This document shows, one piece after another, positions 45,701 through 50,214 of a stretch of DNA of 50,214 nt. Every line of letters begins with the position of its first letter. Position 1 is the first letter of the stretch. Origin of the DNA: Lachnospiraceae bacterium (lineage in GTDB: Bacteria; Bacillota; Clostridia; Lachnospirales; Lachnospiraceae); the NCBI GenBank assembly GCA_024403285.1, contig JAKSSB010000001.1:1-50214 (forward strand). The letters run 5' to 3'. The position numbers were made by a program, and so were the translations under genes. The notes beneath the pieces are model-generated. The model was not told where the DNA came from. It searched no databases and worked only from the letters and a program-made list of their open reading frames with translations.

Positions 45701-48166
45701 AATAACAATTCCGGGAGTTCCGTCGGAAACAATCGAAATGTCACCTGTTACGGAATAACCGTTTTTAAGCAACTTTCCATCTTCCGAAACGTATGCTGAA
45801 GAAGGCTCTTCGATAACCGCATTTGTAAGGTTGAAAACAGTATCGGATGAAACAGTTTCATCACTGTTATCAGCATTCTTGCTGACATAAAAAGCAGCAT
45901 TGGATACATTAACCACGGGCGAACCGGTGATTGCCAGTCCTTTTGCGGCATTTGAAACAGCATTCAGTGTTCCGCCGTCTCTGACAGTCACAGTGCACTT
46001 ACTGCCGTATGATGAATAACCGTAGAAAATTTCTCCGCCGGATTTAAGATTCAGAGTTCCTGCGCTTACATCCACCGAAGCACCCGAAGACAGATACATA
46101 GCTTTCGTATTGGGATTTGTGGCTTCAATTGAAAGCAAAGAATCCTTTCCTACAAGCTGGATTTTGGAATTATAGTCATAGCACATATATGAGCCGGTAT
46201 ATGATACACCTTCGGGCTCATAGACGTTCACTTCGGCATTGTTTATGAATAACGATGCGTTCGATGACACATTGAGAGGAGTATTGCCTCCCTGGGAAGC
46301 GAGAAGATCAACTTTTGCGCCGTTTAGAACCTTTCCGTTGTAGCCGTAGCCGAGGTAAAGACCACCGCCCACTTCCAGATAAGCTCCGTCCGAAACGACG
46401 AATTCGCAAGAATCAAATCCGTAATGGGATAACAGTTTGGCATTACTTATTACTTCTGTATCCTCGCCACGAATAATAATGTTTCTGATATTTGCCAATT
46501 CGGAATAGCGACCGCCCTGAAGAGTTGCTTTTGCTCCGTCCTCAACTACAAGTTTATTCAGATATAATAAATAGTTGTAACTTGTATCCGTCGCTTCGAC
46601 GTTTAATAGCGTATTTTTTCCCGAAACATTCAAAGATGCATACGGAGCATAAATTGCATAATCATACTGTGAAAAAAGATTTATTGTTCCCGCAGAAACA
46701 TTAATGTTGTTGGTATAGGTATATGTAGTCGATTCCATATCAATGGCATAGCCGGTAGCCCATATGCTCGGAGCTCCGCCGTCAACCAGGTTAAAGTCAC
46801 CGTCGCGAACGGTCACACCTATACCTTCCATGCATACGCCGTTTGCTTTATCTCCGACAGTAATTCCGACTGCGGAAGAAATTGTAATATCACCGTATGA
46901 AACGTAGATACCGCATGAGCCTGAAACAAGCTGGCTTACATGTACAAGACCGCCTTGTGTAATATTCAGATTACCATAGTTAATAACCAGGCCGTATGAA
47001 TTAGCTTTCTCGATATAGATTGAACCACCGCTGGAGAGAGTTACGTCACCACCGTTAACTTCAATCGCCGTGCTGCCGGTGTTGATAACTTTGATGGTAC
47101 CGGCAGGATTCATTGTAATCGAATTGGCTACGATACCTCTGCCGGCCGTATCGATATTGATAACCGAACCGTTCATTGCGGTAAGCGTACCGATACTGAT
47201 TGCAGTACTCTGCGTATCGGTACTTGAAACTGTCAGGGTTGAGACATTCGTCAGTTCCATTTTACCGGATGAAAGAATTGCATAGTTTGCAGCGGAAACA
47301 GAAATTTTCGATGCATCACTTGTTACAGAGCCGTCAAAATCATCGTCGGTCGAAAGTAAAAGACCGTTTCCTGCCGATTCAACATTAAGTGCAGTCCTGA
47401 TAACATTCAGTTTGCCGAGACCTGTGATGGCGGAACTCTTATCCCCTGTTAAATTTGAAACAAGTGATAAAGTTCCTTTTCCTTCTATCGTAAGTTCGGT
47501 AAGACCGGAAATTGAAACAGCCTCTGAAGCACCGGAAAGAACAACATCACCCTCAACTTTAACGGTGACAGTCTTAAGCGTTCCGGGATCGATTGCAATC
47601 GCCGCTCCGCTTTCCGATGAAATATCAGCATTATTAAGATACAGAGTATTGGTATCTCCGTCCCAGAAATAACCGTACTTATCACTCTTCAAATCCTGTC
47701 CCGAAGCAAGAGAAAGAGTCTCTGTCAATTGCGAAGCAGCTTCCGTTGCAAGGAATTCTTCTTCCTCGCCGAGAACGGTCTCTTCGATTTCAAACTCCTC
47801 TTCTTCAGGGATTTCGTCTTCGATAATTTCTTCATCAACGACATCGTCGTCGATTACGTCTTCGTCGATTTCTTCTGCAACGCCGGTTTCCCCATCGACA
47901 TCCGTTTCTTCAGCCGAACCATCTTCCGGAATGACCTCTTCTGCGTCATCCTCTGTTTCGTCTGCGACGAAGTCTTCTTTTCCTTCTTCAATGGGTGTGA
48001 TTACTTCCGAATCATCACTCTCTGAAGCAGAATTGTCTTCCGTAACCGCTTCCTCCGTGACAATGTCTGCGGGTGCAGCCAGTGCCTCTGCAGGAATTCC
48101 GGTCAGGAACATTGCGGCTGCAAGAACAACCGCTCCGATTCTTCTACACAAAACTCTCTTTTTCAC
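30713..48166 (-). CDS. Giant secreted modular surface protein/adhesin-like, 5817 aa
   Basis: GTG start with GGAGG RBS, Sec signal peptide and acidic linker. These are followed by beta-helix-like modules alternating with Ig-like domains, seven ~390-aa repeats and a Lys-rich C-terminus. The ORF is uninterrupted over 17.4 kb. Confidence 0.93.
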   Translation of the reverse strand: MKKRVLCRRIGAVVLAAAMFLTGIPAEALAAPADIVTEEAVTEDNSASESDDSEVITPIEEGKEDFVADETEDDAEEVIPEDGSAEETDVDGETGVAEEIDEDVIDDDVVDEEIIEDEIPEEEEFEIEETVLGEEEEFLATEAASQLTETLSLASGQDLKSDKYGYFWDGDTNTLYLNNADISSESGAAIAIDPGTLKTVTVKVEGDVVLSGASEAVSISGLTELTIEGKGTLSLVSNLTGDKSSAITGLGKLNVIRTALNVESAGNGLLLSTDDDFDGSVTSDASKISVSAANYAILSSGKMELTNVSTLTVSSTDTQSTAISIGTLTAMNGSVINIDTAGRGIVANSITMNPAGTIKVINTGSTAIEVNGGDVTLSSGGSIYIEKANSYGLVINYGNLNITQGGLVHVSQLVSGSCGIYVSYGDITISSAVGITVGDKANGVCMEGIGVTVRDGDFNLVDGGAPSIWATGYAIDMESTTYTYTNNINVSAGTINLFSQYDYAIYAPYASLNVSGKNTLLNVEATDTSYNYLLYLNKLVVEDGAKATLQGGRYSELANIRNIIIRGEDTEVISNAKLLSHYGFDSCEFVVSDGAYLEVGGGLYLGYGYNGKVLNGAKVDLLASQGGNTPLNVSSNASLFINNAEVNVYEPEGVSYTGSYMCYDYNSKIQLVGKDSLLSIEATNPNTKAMYLSSGASVDVSAGTLNLKSGGEIFYGYSSYGSKCTVTVRDGGTLNAVSNAAKGLAITGSPVVNVSNAAFYVSKNADNSDETVSSDTVFNLTNAVIEEPSSAYVSEDGKLLKNGYSVTGDISIVSDGTPGIVIETQPEKTLSTEVSKPVSVSVKASFINCSEEDLATVGYQWYTIEDKSKTPISGANSAEYAFVSDEIGVYELVCLISLGSKNSVWSDSSQVVVSPNASAGRKVRTEPLYFDYNAPSQSNEEEGWSWERIKVGENEERVKLVLDSVFFDVESGTALNISSQNNAPVDIEVKGNCYLITRGGGSCFYESNSVYDKPTTIYGDGKLFMRSTNPTNSATIAYFYTGSDITIDVPIDINTANGYAFYNSSSNCNTTFNKTVKIISDRSYGLYVCGAVTFNDDVYVKGDSYGAFIDGNLIINDTEAVFEAKSGTALYADGGLTAKNSSIEAKSDSSSSSILRMYSGDVLIDNSDIKVSGKYTSSDCAFSLNGYSILVKDSAITVDADLTENADQILIYMSSSDGVANFDNSTLNLCATGKRTEGLNMSGVSLNVVDSTFDIDCAGNALLCQGLITDNSVFNIVQKGDAYDCISAYGNIEFINNSEINIDASASTTANSIVRSSKRIIFRESSINIKGNDLGVIAAEELRLIGTVIDKPADAVFTEGKLVNADGTPVGEVSIIPDKDAYVVIDGVKLTDDGEEIDTPVIRRGDNATLSVDYHTVNGNPSLSFEWYKYDYGTRTYSKITGATASEYRVPASEVGRYLYKARIINGEKVSESDSFELEVIYENHEIFDLKTSGEYFEFSSDVSYDYYDEYGLKWDCETKTLTLSNAYIRSGLLTSPGVRVVVEDGTESYIRSEMNGILTSYTTGKRDITFSGCGRLIIESDSCAIGGFARVNFNAGFVLDAVVYDGFYKAYVISLANPANDATSGIEVNHAELNLKAFGEDAHALIGRVNLNGSEITYPADCTYSNTKYYDSNSKECAEIKIKPDSDPFLAFTSLPENALFMNENSIETLNAKVRAFGVSDKAEISYEWYKSSDWSKKNTKKVGDSEDLVPLNERGEQLYYVVAKVKDGNTELSVESELIAVYVMPEGRELMNKAFEVQYNTSSFGTDSEYFKKYGITWDMNTQTLTLDNTYIYSDRYNGLWVPYGTKIVMTDGSYNVVKGRDNGALQVSGGSKARTLEVSGKGTLLVENMNEQATSEVFDASNVSNMTTITGGAVVDVKTFSSDNAMYFGGSFEINNAEVNIESIRTKNAMYFSDSSGNMYVKENGKLNFEGTGAIKGGGAFGTLYVDATSSLNAICHKAPEGVSVGANTYGYNSRAELFIDGEMNITVDEGSAINVQQTVTVGETGSLNCKCLASDTVYPLITVQYGSLYVLGSLTAETASPVNAVYVYAGNLQVYGSGSVSAKNSSNTPVGYAKATICSTYNISVEGSLSAENAGSGAAIATGGNYNLSYKEDSVVDPVGTTMKKSGSYKFLYDELGNVVTKFTVSGKALDSVESVTISGKPMAGLTLKVDEILPEGAASSVDFDWQYSDNPTTDFKSMYLGNLKGITLQDNHVGKYIRIRITGTGEYKGTVYSNVLGPVEANPANLKSVIFNGSTTTVSNTATAIYINVENAVSKADLTLVPSSSDAVITINGVEGAELKDANLAVGINWFNVTVSCEGLTKDYSILVTRKDLPKYSIGLKASVLPEGYTLEVRNEANNLYSETSNENSRISASVEINKDYTVKVKGSNEVYGIWAVKKNGVIEPLDGNGEVKGTCTAAVDYTIDADCYYVKGVTNLKAAWDADGSDKVTVSFDYPGGEVPTPLSYLDYYYGEVKVICYNASTGAMIDSVVTPDTSVHFANLEPKGSYDFTVEYAGDSSHRVYPVGLPDEFKAIVRTSVGTKPLVNIESVEVSGKLRAGNKLSVTNLKPAGATAEYEWQISDSAESGFTALGAEGEELTLLDGYVGKYIRVKARGTDRYSGEYFTEAVGPVKEDGSKLKSFTVNGEKTEVKDAKSFTVNVDNKTTEVKITAETYAEDAVVAINGTNGFEATVGNLVVGDNVVKIAVTFEGRSNEYTVTVNRAEPPKYDIKVKADVLPSNIVVRIASGSKAINLNSVSAETTLQITENEEYTVSVSDSSVAYGVWAVKADGVIVPFEKGDSTTFKSTKNTVYTFDADCFYVQSLGNIKATWGSGLDDSVTVSITYPGGIKPAALSDAYNNDSIKFTCYETASGKEVKSVTTKDASVVFENLEYKLGYTFKAEYASSDSRPVYPEGLPESKKAVLQTSVANKPLLNLTKVEVEGTARVGSTLSVKSLLPENATANYSWQISSSSTTGFAATGETGSTLTLKDSYLGKYIRLAATGSDRYNKTVYSDVVGPVKEDGATLKAVSVNGNVLAADSDGAVFRTEVEYYVDEASIEIETYAEEAVVTIDGNKALTAKVGNLKVGDNTVKVSVEFEGRTNEYTVIVNKAELPKYDITVKSDVLPANYKLNLTDGTTTKSITAESKEETLKITKDEAYTVSVTGSNSEYGVWAIKVDGVLVPFGSTNSIEGTSSKNTVYTLDADCFYVYQVINIKAAWSREAFDDSVTVSFNYRKSNKPAALGDAYNCDQVKVTCYETATGKEVNSITIGDLSVVFENLDYNTKYKFTAEIVSGDLRPVYPEGLPESYKTPVSTTLGVKPRINLTSVEIDGIARVGSTLSIKSLLPEKATADYEWQIASNSTSGFASTGETGKSITLKDSYLGKYIRLAAKGNDRFNNTVYSTVFGPVKEDGALLKAVTLNGNRTEAGDGFTTFNAYVAHDVTSADIKLETYAEEAVATIDGSKTLTATVDDLKVGENTVKVTVSFDGRTNEYTIVIIRKEAPKYRIDIKSSVLPSGYELSAEDTVNSVKVNSVGATNGIDVVENETFTIKVTGSNAEFAVWAIKKDGVIVPLNGTELEGVATSAVSYELDADCFYVKSISNLKAEWKTGNSDSITVSFAYPKGKLPAALASGYNLSGVKISCYDASTGAFVDSMTTSGTSVVFENMNYKSSYKFVAEYVSEAGKNVYPAGLPAELKCNVYTTIGTKPLVALESVTINGRAMAGSTLSVNTVAPAGATASYNWMVSDNATSGFTAINGATGASFTLTDAYVGKYIRVKATGNDRYSGTVYSEIAGPVKADATKLKSFTVNGKKTEVADGETAFTVNVANSVTEAAVEIETYSTDSVITINGTEASSTTIKNLAVGENIVKVILSADGRNKEYTITVVRAEIPKYRISVNPSVLPDGYTLNVTDGINSASSGSVNAEDSITVADNTAFTVSVTGSNAEFGVWAVKRGDVLIPLGSGNSVEQNVPGSDVSYTVDADCFYVKALSKLDAAWSTGSDDTITVSITYPNGKMPVAIGAAYDYSGVKISCYNAKTGKPVDSITTKDSNVEFKNLDYTSGYRFTAEYVSGDSHLVYPATLPEELKANAEVTIGSKPLVNLEKVTISGTAMAGSTLSVAGIVPADATVKYDWQISDNATTGFTSLGISSETVSVADEYVGKYIRVTATGTGRYTSTVVSAVAGPVAEDATKLKAFTINGNKTEVAADSYSFDVNVANSVKDANVEIETYSADSKVTINGQTGASTTVKDLFVGVNTVTISISFEGRSRNYVINIFRAETPKHSILVNASALPEGYELTVTDGTNEDGIKAVGEAAIKVEEDTEYTVNVTGSNAEFGVWAVKENGVIVPLGMSSTVKGISAVDMEYTLDADCFYVKPVSGLTAAWGKGTDDSITVSFAYPAGKMPVALDGTYNYGAVKVTCFSADGTEVKSLNTTGTSVVFENMDSKSAYTFTAEYVSGDERPVYPEGLPEELKGDVKAAIDAKPLNPLTNVSLIGSAMVGGKLSVSGLKPAGATADYEWQISEDGVTGFTVVGANKDTIDITEEFIGKYIRVKATGKDRYDGVVYSAVAGPVEADARKIKSFTVNEEKTEVTDDTKAFDVYVNNDVTEVTLTIEAYSTESLVYINGAEGKTAVISNLHVGKNTVEAVVSYEGRITNYTFNIIRAEAPQYSISVTADVLPDGFDISVEDDVTVKTVKAENDSEALSIIENVLYSIKVGGSNDIYGVWAVKANGKLVPLGAGNSVDATATEDRVYSLDADCFYAKAVKGLKAEWAKDSFDSIKVSFAYPGEELPDTLSDEYNLSGVKVTCTNLKTGETVDEITTETEVVFTQMDPGAEYEFTAEYASNDERPAYPAGLPEELKAVNKASLNANFKDFELLIYDENDRAVDFATLNLADESENVKVFTTNLPGAGFINAENIDVSDKNVADVVLTEAGSIKVTAKAEGSTYIVIATEIYSVKCAAQLRIDVYNNEIGGGEETSVPKVTKKTLKVNIYEKEATEDSSVRVYFEGDITDKVTGVEFADSSFNKYFVIEVKDDRTVAVKANPAYDFADPENAAEIKKIKSSYKTALKVYSAKNPNGSETIKLTISVSKKLPTVKAAAVKLNTFFADVTAPVEFTSKNGDVVKAELDSSKKVPEWLTYNAETNEVTVPGTGVKKSGKLYLKVWVEGYNAPVAVAVSVSAKKDAPKTKLSVTKITVPLHKEDFGTSVDLAIIGKDKNAAFESFDITELRTATADEIATLSKSKQKSYNAGLSYKVVNFDTQTGMFAIAAADDAADILPAGKIMLFAVVGGNDKQLLEYSVDVKVASKVTIKPSEKSVKLDLVAGIGVDSVSVDIISSAIGYNIGKYTGDSNSTLKIQIMDSKGKKELFNELDFTYKSRTITLRSNEATKPGTYKVVITDRDNVSCSFDVKAEAVMPKYKADTAELTISKDDRTEDGNPNKFNVTIAADKYANAKAEITITDSKKNDLTTFHTPLDIVYTKGDAENLKDVLQISLNELYSTYNEKYDISVVYRLEDYPEVATKPIKIKVIIPKQVKSNPTMKIKASGAIDPARTGSEVKLAYTIENASIDSINPTLYVTAKQGKNVATGDYIGANGDVSDWFTLSVADDNSFRVKINKESDAFKNDSFDQSLDFTATIRSTYSKNKTFDSNSVKLTFKEGKIVINPDSINVLLCKIDRFDRACVLFTIDDPTVSDLRGAMIYAKAGALSNYQIVEVCPGVYTFGFSNSASNKSLFKSETLKLELYFDGMKNASTVSKVMVYVDILNIL
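33410..41590 (-). repeat. Seven diverged ~1.17-kb (~390 aa) intragenic repeats (boundaries approximate)
   Basis: The motifs GKYIR, GPV, (G/A)(V/I)WA(V/I)K, DADC(F/Y)Y and YP.(G/T)LP.. each recur seven times at ~1165 bp spacing. Confidence 0.88.
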
Positions 48167-48227
48167 TTTGTACCTCCAAATTGTATAAAAACATTAATGT
48201 AACACGTGCACAATACACGCAAATTTT

Positions 48228-48256
48228 ATTATAGATTCATATATAGGCATTGTAAA
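48228..48256 (-). promoter_or_regulatory. Sigma-A-type promoter of the giant gene
   Basis: Minus strand TTTACA-17 bp-TATAAT, about 60 bp upstream of the start. Confidence 0.65.
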
Positions 48257-48403
48257 GAAAATCGATTTTCTCATGCATTTTTCACATATTTTATGTCTTT
48301 TTTTGTACTTTTTATACAATTCAACTTGTCTGTGTCCTCGTGCAAATCAATATATTGTATACAGATTTTCACCAAGCAACTATGCAAACGCCCGATTAAC
48401 ATC

Positions 48404-48433
48404 AAAAAAGAAACCGCCGTGGCGATTTCTCTT
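48404..48433 (-). terminator. Possible terminator after mtaB
   Basis: Imperfect GAAACCGCC/GGCGATTTC stem with a T-run on the minus strand. Confidence 0.45.
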
Positions 48434-48460
48434 ATTTTCGTATTGCATTGTTCTATTTTT

Positions 48461-49825
48461 TTATTTTCCCAAAGCAATTTCCGGGGTAATCATCGAAACA
48501 ATTTCGATGTTTGCGGAAACGTTCTGCATATTTTCGTTGCATTCATAAGCTACCCTGATATACTCCGGTGTGTAGCCCACCCAGTATTTTTTACCGAGAA
48601 TTTCCTTTTCTTCCTCAAAAATAACAGATACGGTTCTTCCAATAAAACGTTTTCTGAATTCCTCAGACTGCTTTCTCTCTATCACCTCGCATACGTCACT
48701 GCGCAGGCTCTTGACCGATTCGTCAATCTGTCCGTCCATTGATGCGGCAACGGTTCCTTTCCTTTTGGAATATTTGAAAATATGCATTTCGTAGAAATTT
48801 ACTCTCTTTAAGAATTCCGTGGTCTTATTGAATTCTTCTTCGGTCTCTCCCGGGAAGCCCACAATAACATCCGTTGTTATTGCGGCTTCGGGAAATACGT
48901 TTCGAAGAATTCTCACTCTCTCTTCATATTCGGCACTCGTGTATCTTCTGTTCATTCTCTTAAGAGTCTCGTCGCATCCGCTCTGAAGCGAAATATGAAA
49001 ATGCGGACAGAGTTTGTCGATTTGCGCCAGTCCCTTTGCAAATTCTTCCGTGATAATCATCGGTTCAAACGATCCGATTCTGATTCGCTCCACCCCTTCT
49101 GTTTCATTGATTCTTGCAAGCAGAGACAAAATATGTTCTCCCGGAGTGTCACATTTAAAATCAAATCCGTACGAGCTAATATGTATTCCCGTGAGCACGA
49201 ATTCACGGTAACCTTTCGAGCAAAGTTCTTTTACCTCATTCACTATACTGTCGGGTTTGCGGCTTCTTACTCTTCCTCTTGTGTAAGGAATTATGCAGTA
49301 GGAACAGAAACGGTTGCATCCGTCCTGAATTTTAATGTATGCTCTTGTGTGTTCGGCGGTTTCGGATAAAAGAGCATCCTCGTAATCAACCTTCTTAACA
49401 TCCACAACGGTAGTGTTTCCGAGCGTCTTTCGGAGATAATTGGCTGTTTTCTCATCGTCTTCCGGCGCGGCATACTCCCGATGTTCAAAATACTCGTCCA
49501 GGATTTCGGCGATATCTTTTTTACGGTTATTACCGATAAGAAGATCGACCGACTCATCCTGCGCAATGTTCAGGGCATCGGCCTGCACATAACAGCCGAC
49601 GGCAACGACAACGGCATCCGGGTTCGCTTTGGACGCTCTGTGAATCATCTGACGGCTCTTTCGGTCGGCTATATTCGTTACAGAGCATGTATTTATGACA
49701 TATATGTCTGCTTTTTGTTCAAATTGTACAATTTCGTAGTTTGAGTTTTGTAACATTTGTTGCATAACGTCAGCTTCGTACGAATTGACCTTGCAACCTA
49801 AGTTATGGAATGCTATGGTTTTCAT
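48461..49825 (-). CDS. mtaB: tRNA t6A37 methylthiotransferase
   Basis: Motifs LGCKVNSYE, INTCSVT, RAYIKIQDGCNRFCSYCIIPYTRG (radical SAM) and HFHISLQSG. Start set at 49825. Confidence 0.93.
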   Translation of the reverse strand: MKTIAFHNLGCKVNSYEADVMQQMLQNSNYEIVQFEQKADIYVINTCSVTNIADRKSRQMIHRASKANPDAVVVAVGCYVQADALNIAQDESVDLLIGNNRKKDIAEILDEYFEHREYAAPEDDEKTANYLRKTLGNTTVVDVKKVDYEDALLSETAEHTRAYIKIQDGCNRFCSYCIIPYTRGRVRSRKPDSIVNEVKELCSKGYREFVLTGIHISSYGFDFKCDTPGEHILSLLARINETEGVERIRIGSFEPMIITEEFAKGLAQIDKLCPHFHISLQSGCDETLKRMNRRYTSAEYEERVRILRNVFPEAAITTDVIVGFPGETEEEFNKTTEFLKRVNFYEMHIFKYSKRKGTVAASMDGQIDESVKSLRSDVCEVIERKQSEEFRKRFIGRTVSVIFEEEKEILGKKYWVGYTPEYIRVAYECNENMQNVSANIEIVSMITPEIALGK

Positions 49826-49858
49826 TTTATATCCACCTTTTTTCGGCATCTTTATCGG

Positions 49859-49887
49859 TTGACTTTTAGTGGTAAATAATCTAGTAT
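49859..49887 (+). promoter_or_regulatory. Possible sigma-A promoter divergent from mtaB
   Basis: TTGACT-17 bp-TAGTAT. Confidence 0.4.
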
Positions 49888-50214
49888 TAAAACGAAGCCA
49901 GGGCGAATTTCCAAGCTCAGGGCCCCGCTTCATCATTATAAATCATTGAGAGGTAAAAATGTATAACTATAATGTCTGGCAAAAAACGTAAACCTCGAGG
50001 TGCCCCCAAACAAGACAAGCCACCTAAAGCTAGTACCAAGAAAACTTCTAAATATGCTAGTATTTTCATTATCGAAAACAACGTTTTTTACGGTTATACC
50101 ACTACTTTTCAAAACGGCAAGCGGAATTAAAATTCCGTTTGAAATTACCGTGCTACCGCTAAAATCAATCTCGAAATTTTTATCAGAAAACATTTTTTTA
50201 AATCTTTCATCCTT

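Noticed and set aside
30713-48166. Polymorphic toxin, RHS or diversity-generating retroelement target
   Set aside because: I see no RHS/YD core, toxin tip, immunity gene, reverse transcriptase or adenine-variant repeat pair.
31671-48188. Numerous antisense and alternate-frame ORFs within the giant gene
   Set aside because: These are expected from the codon bias of the long real ORF, and none has independent support.
48206-48742. ORFs of 68-178 aa between the giant gene and mtaB
   Set aside because: They cover an AT-rich promoter/terminator region or are antisense to mtaB, with no RBS or motifs.

Overview
This is a chromosomal window from an anaerobic Clostridia bacterium (Lachnospiraceae-like gene content and order, inferred). 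Most genes are housekeeping and lie on the minus strand. In order they are: a short GMP synthase, a membrane-anchored trigger-factor-like PPIase, an acyl-CoA synthetase/XRE-cupin/2-oxoacid:ferredoxin oxidoreductase cluster, an NlpC/P60 hydrolase, ispE, a ddl-murF-pyrC-pyrK-pyrD run, preQ1-riboswitch-controlled queT, type III glutamine synthetase, the ireB-ruvX-DUF1292-rnj-ylbF-mltG-trmR-trhP cluster, and mtaB. Five things stand out. (1) An integrase-less, ~870 bp, single-gene, low-GC islet is bounded by two copies of the guaA 3'-end core GAGTGGGA and carries repeated arm-like motifs. (2) MurF continues in frame into a transmembrane helix and a propeller-like domain that has its own internal RBS/ATG. 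(3) A ~515 bp element consists of two tandem arrays (57/58 bp and 49 bp periods) sharing one core in opposite orientation around a central hairpin. (4) A 5817-aa modular surface protein sits between mtaB and ireB. (5) A triplicated promoter precedes the queT riboswitch. I found no CRISPR array, rRNA, tRNA, transposase or integrase. All calls come from reading motifs by eye, and no database searches were run.
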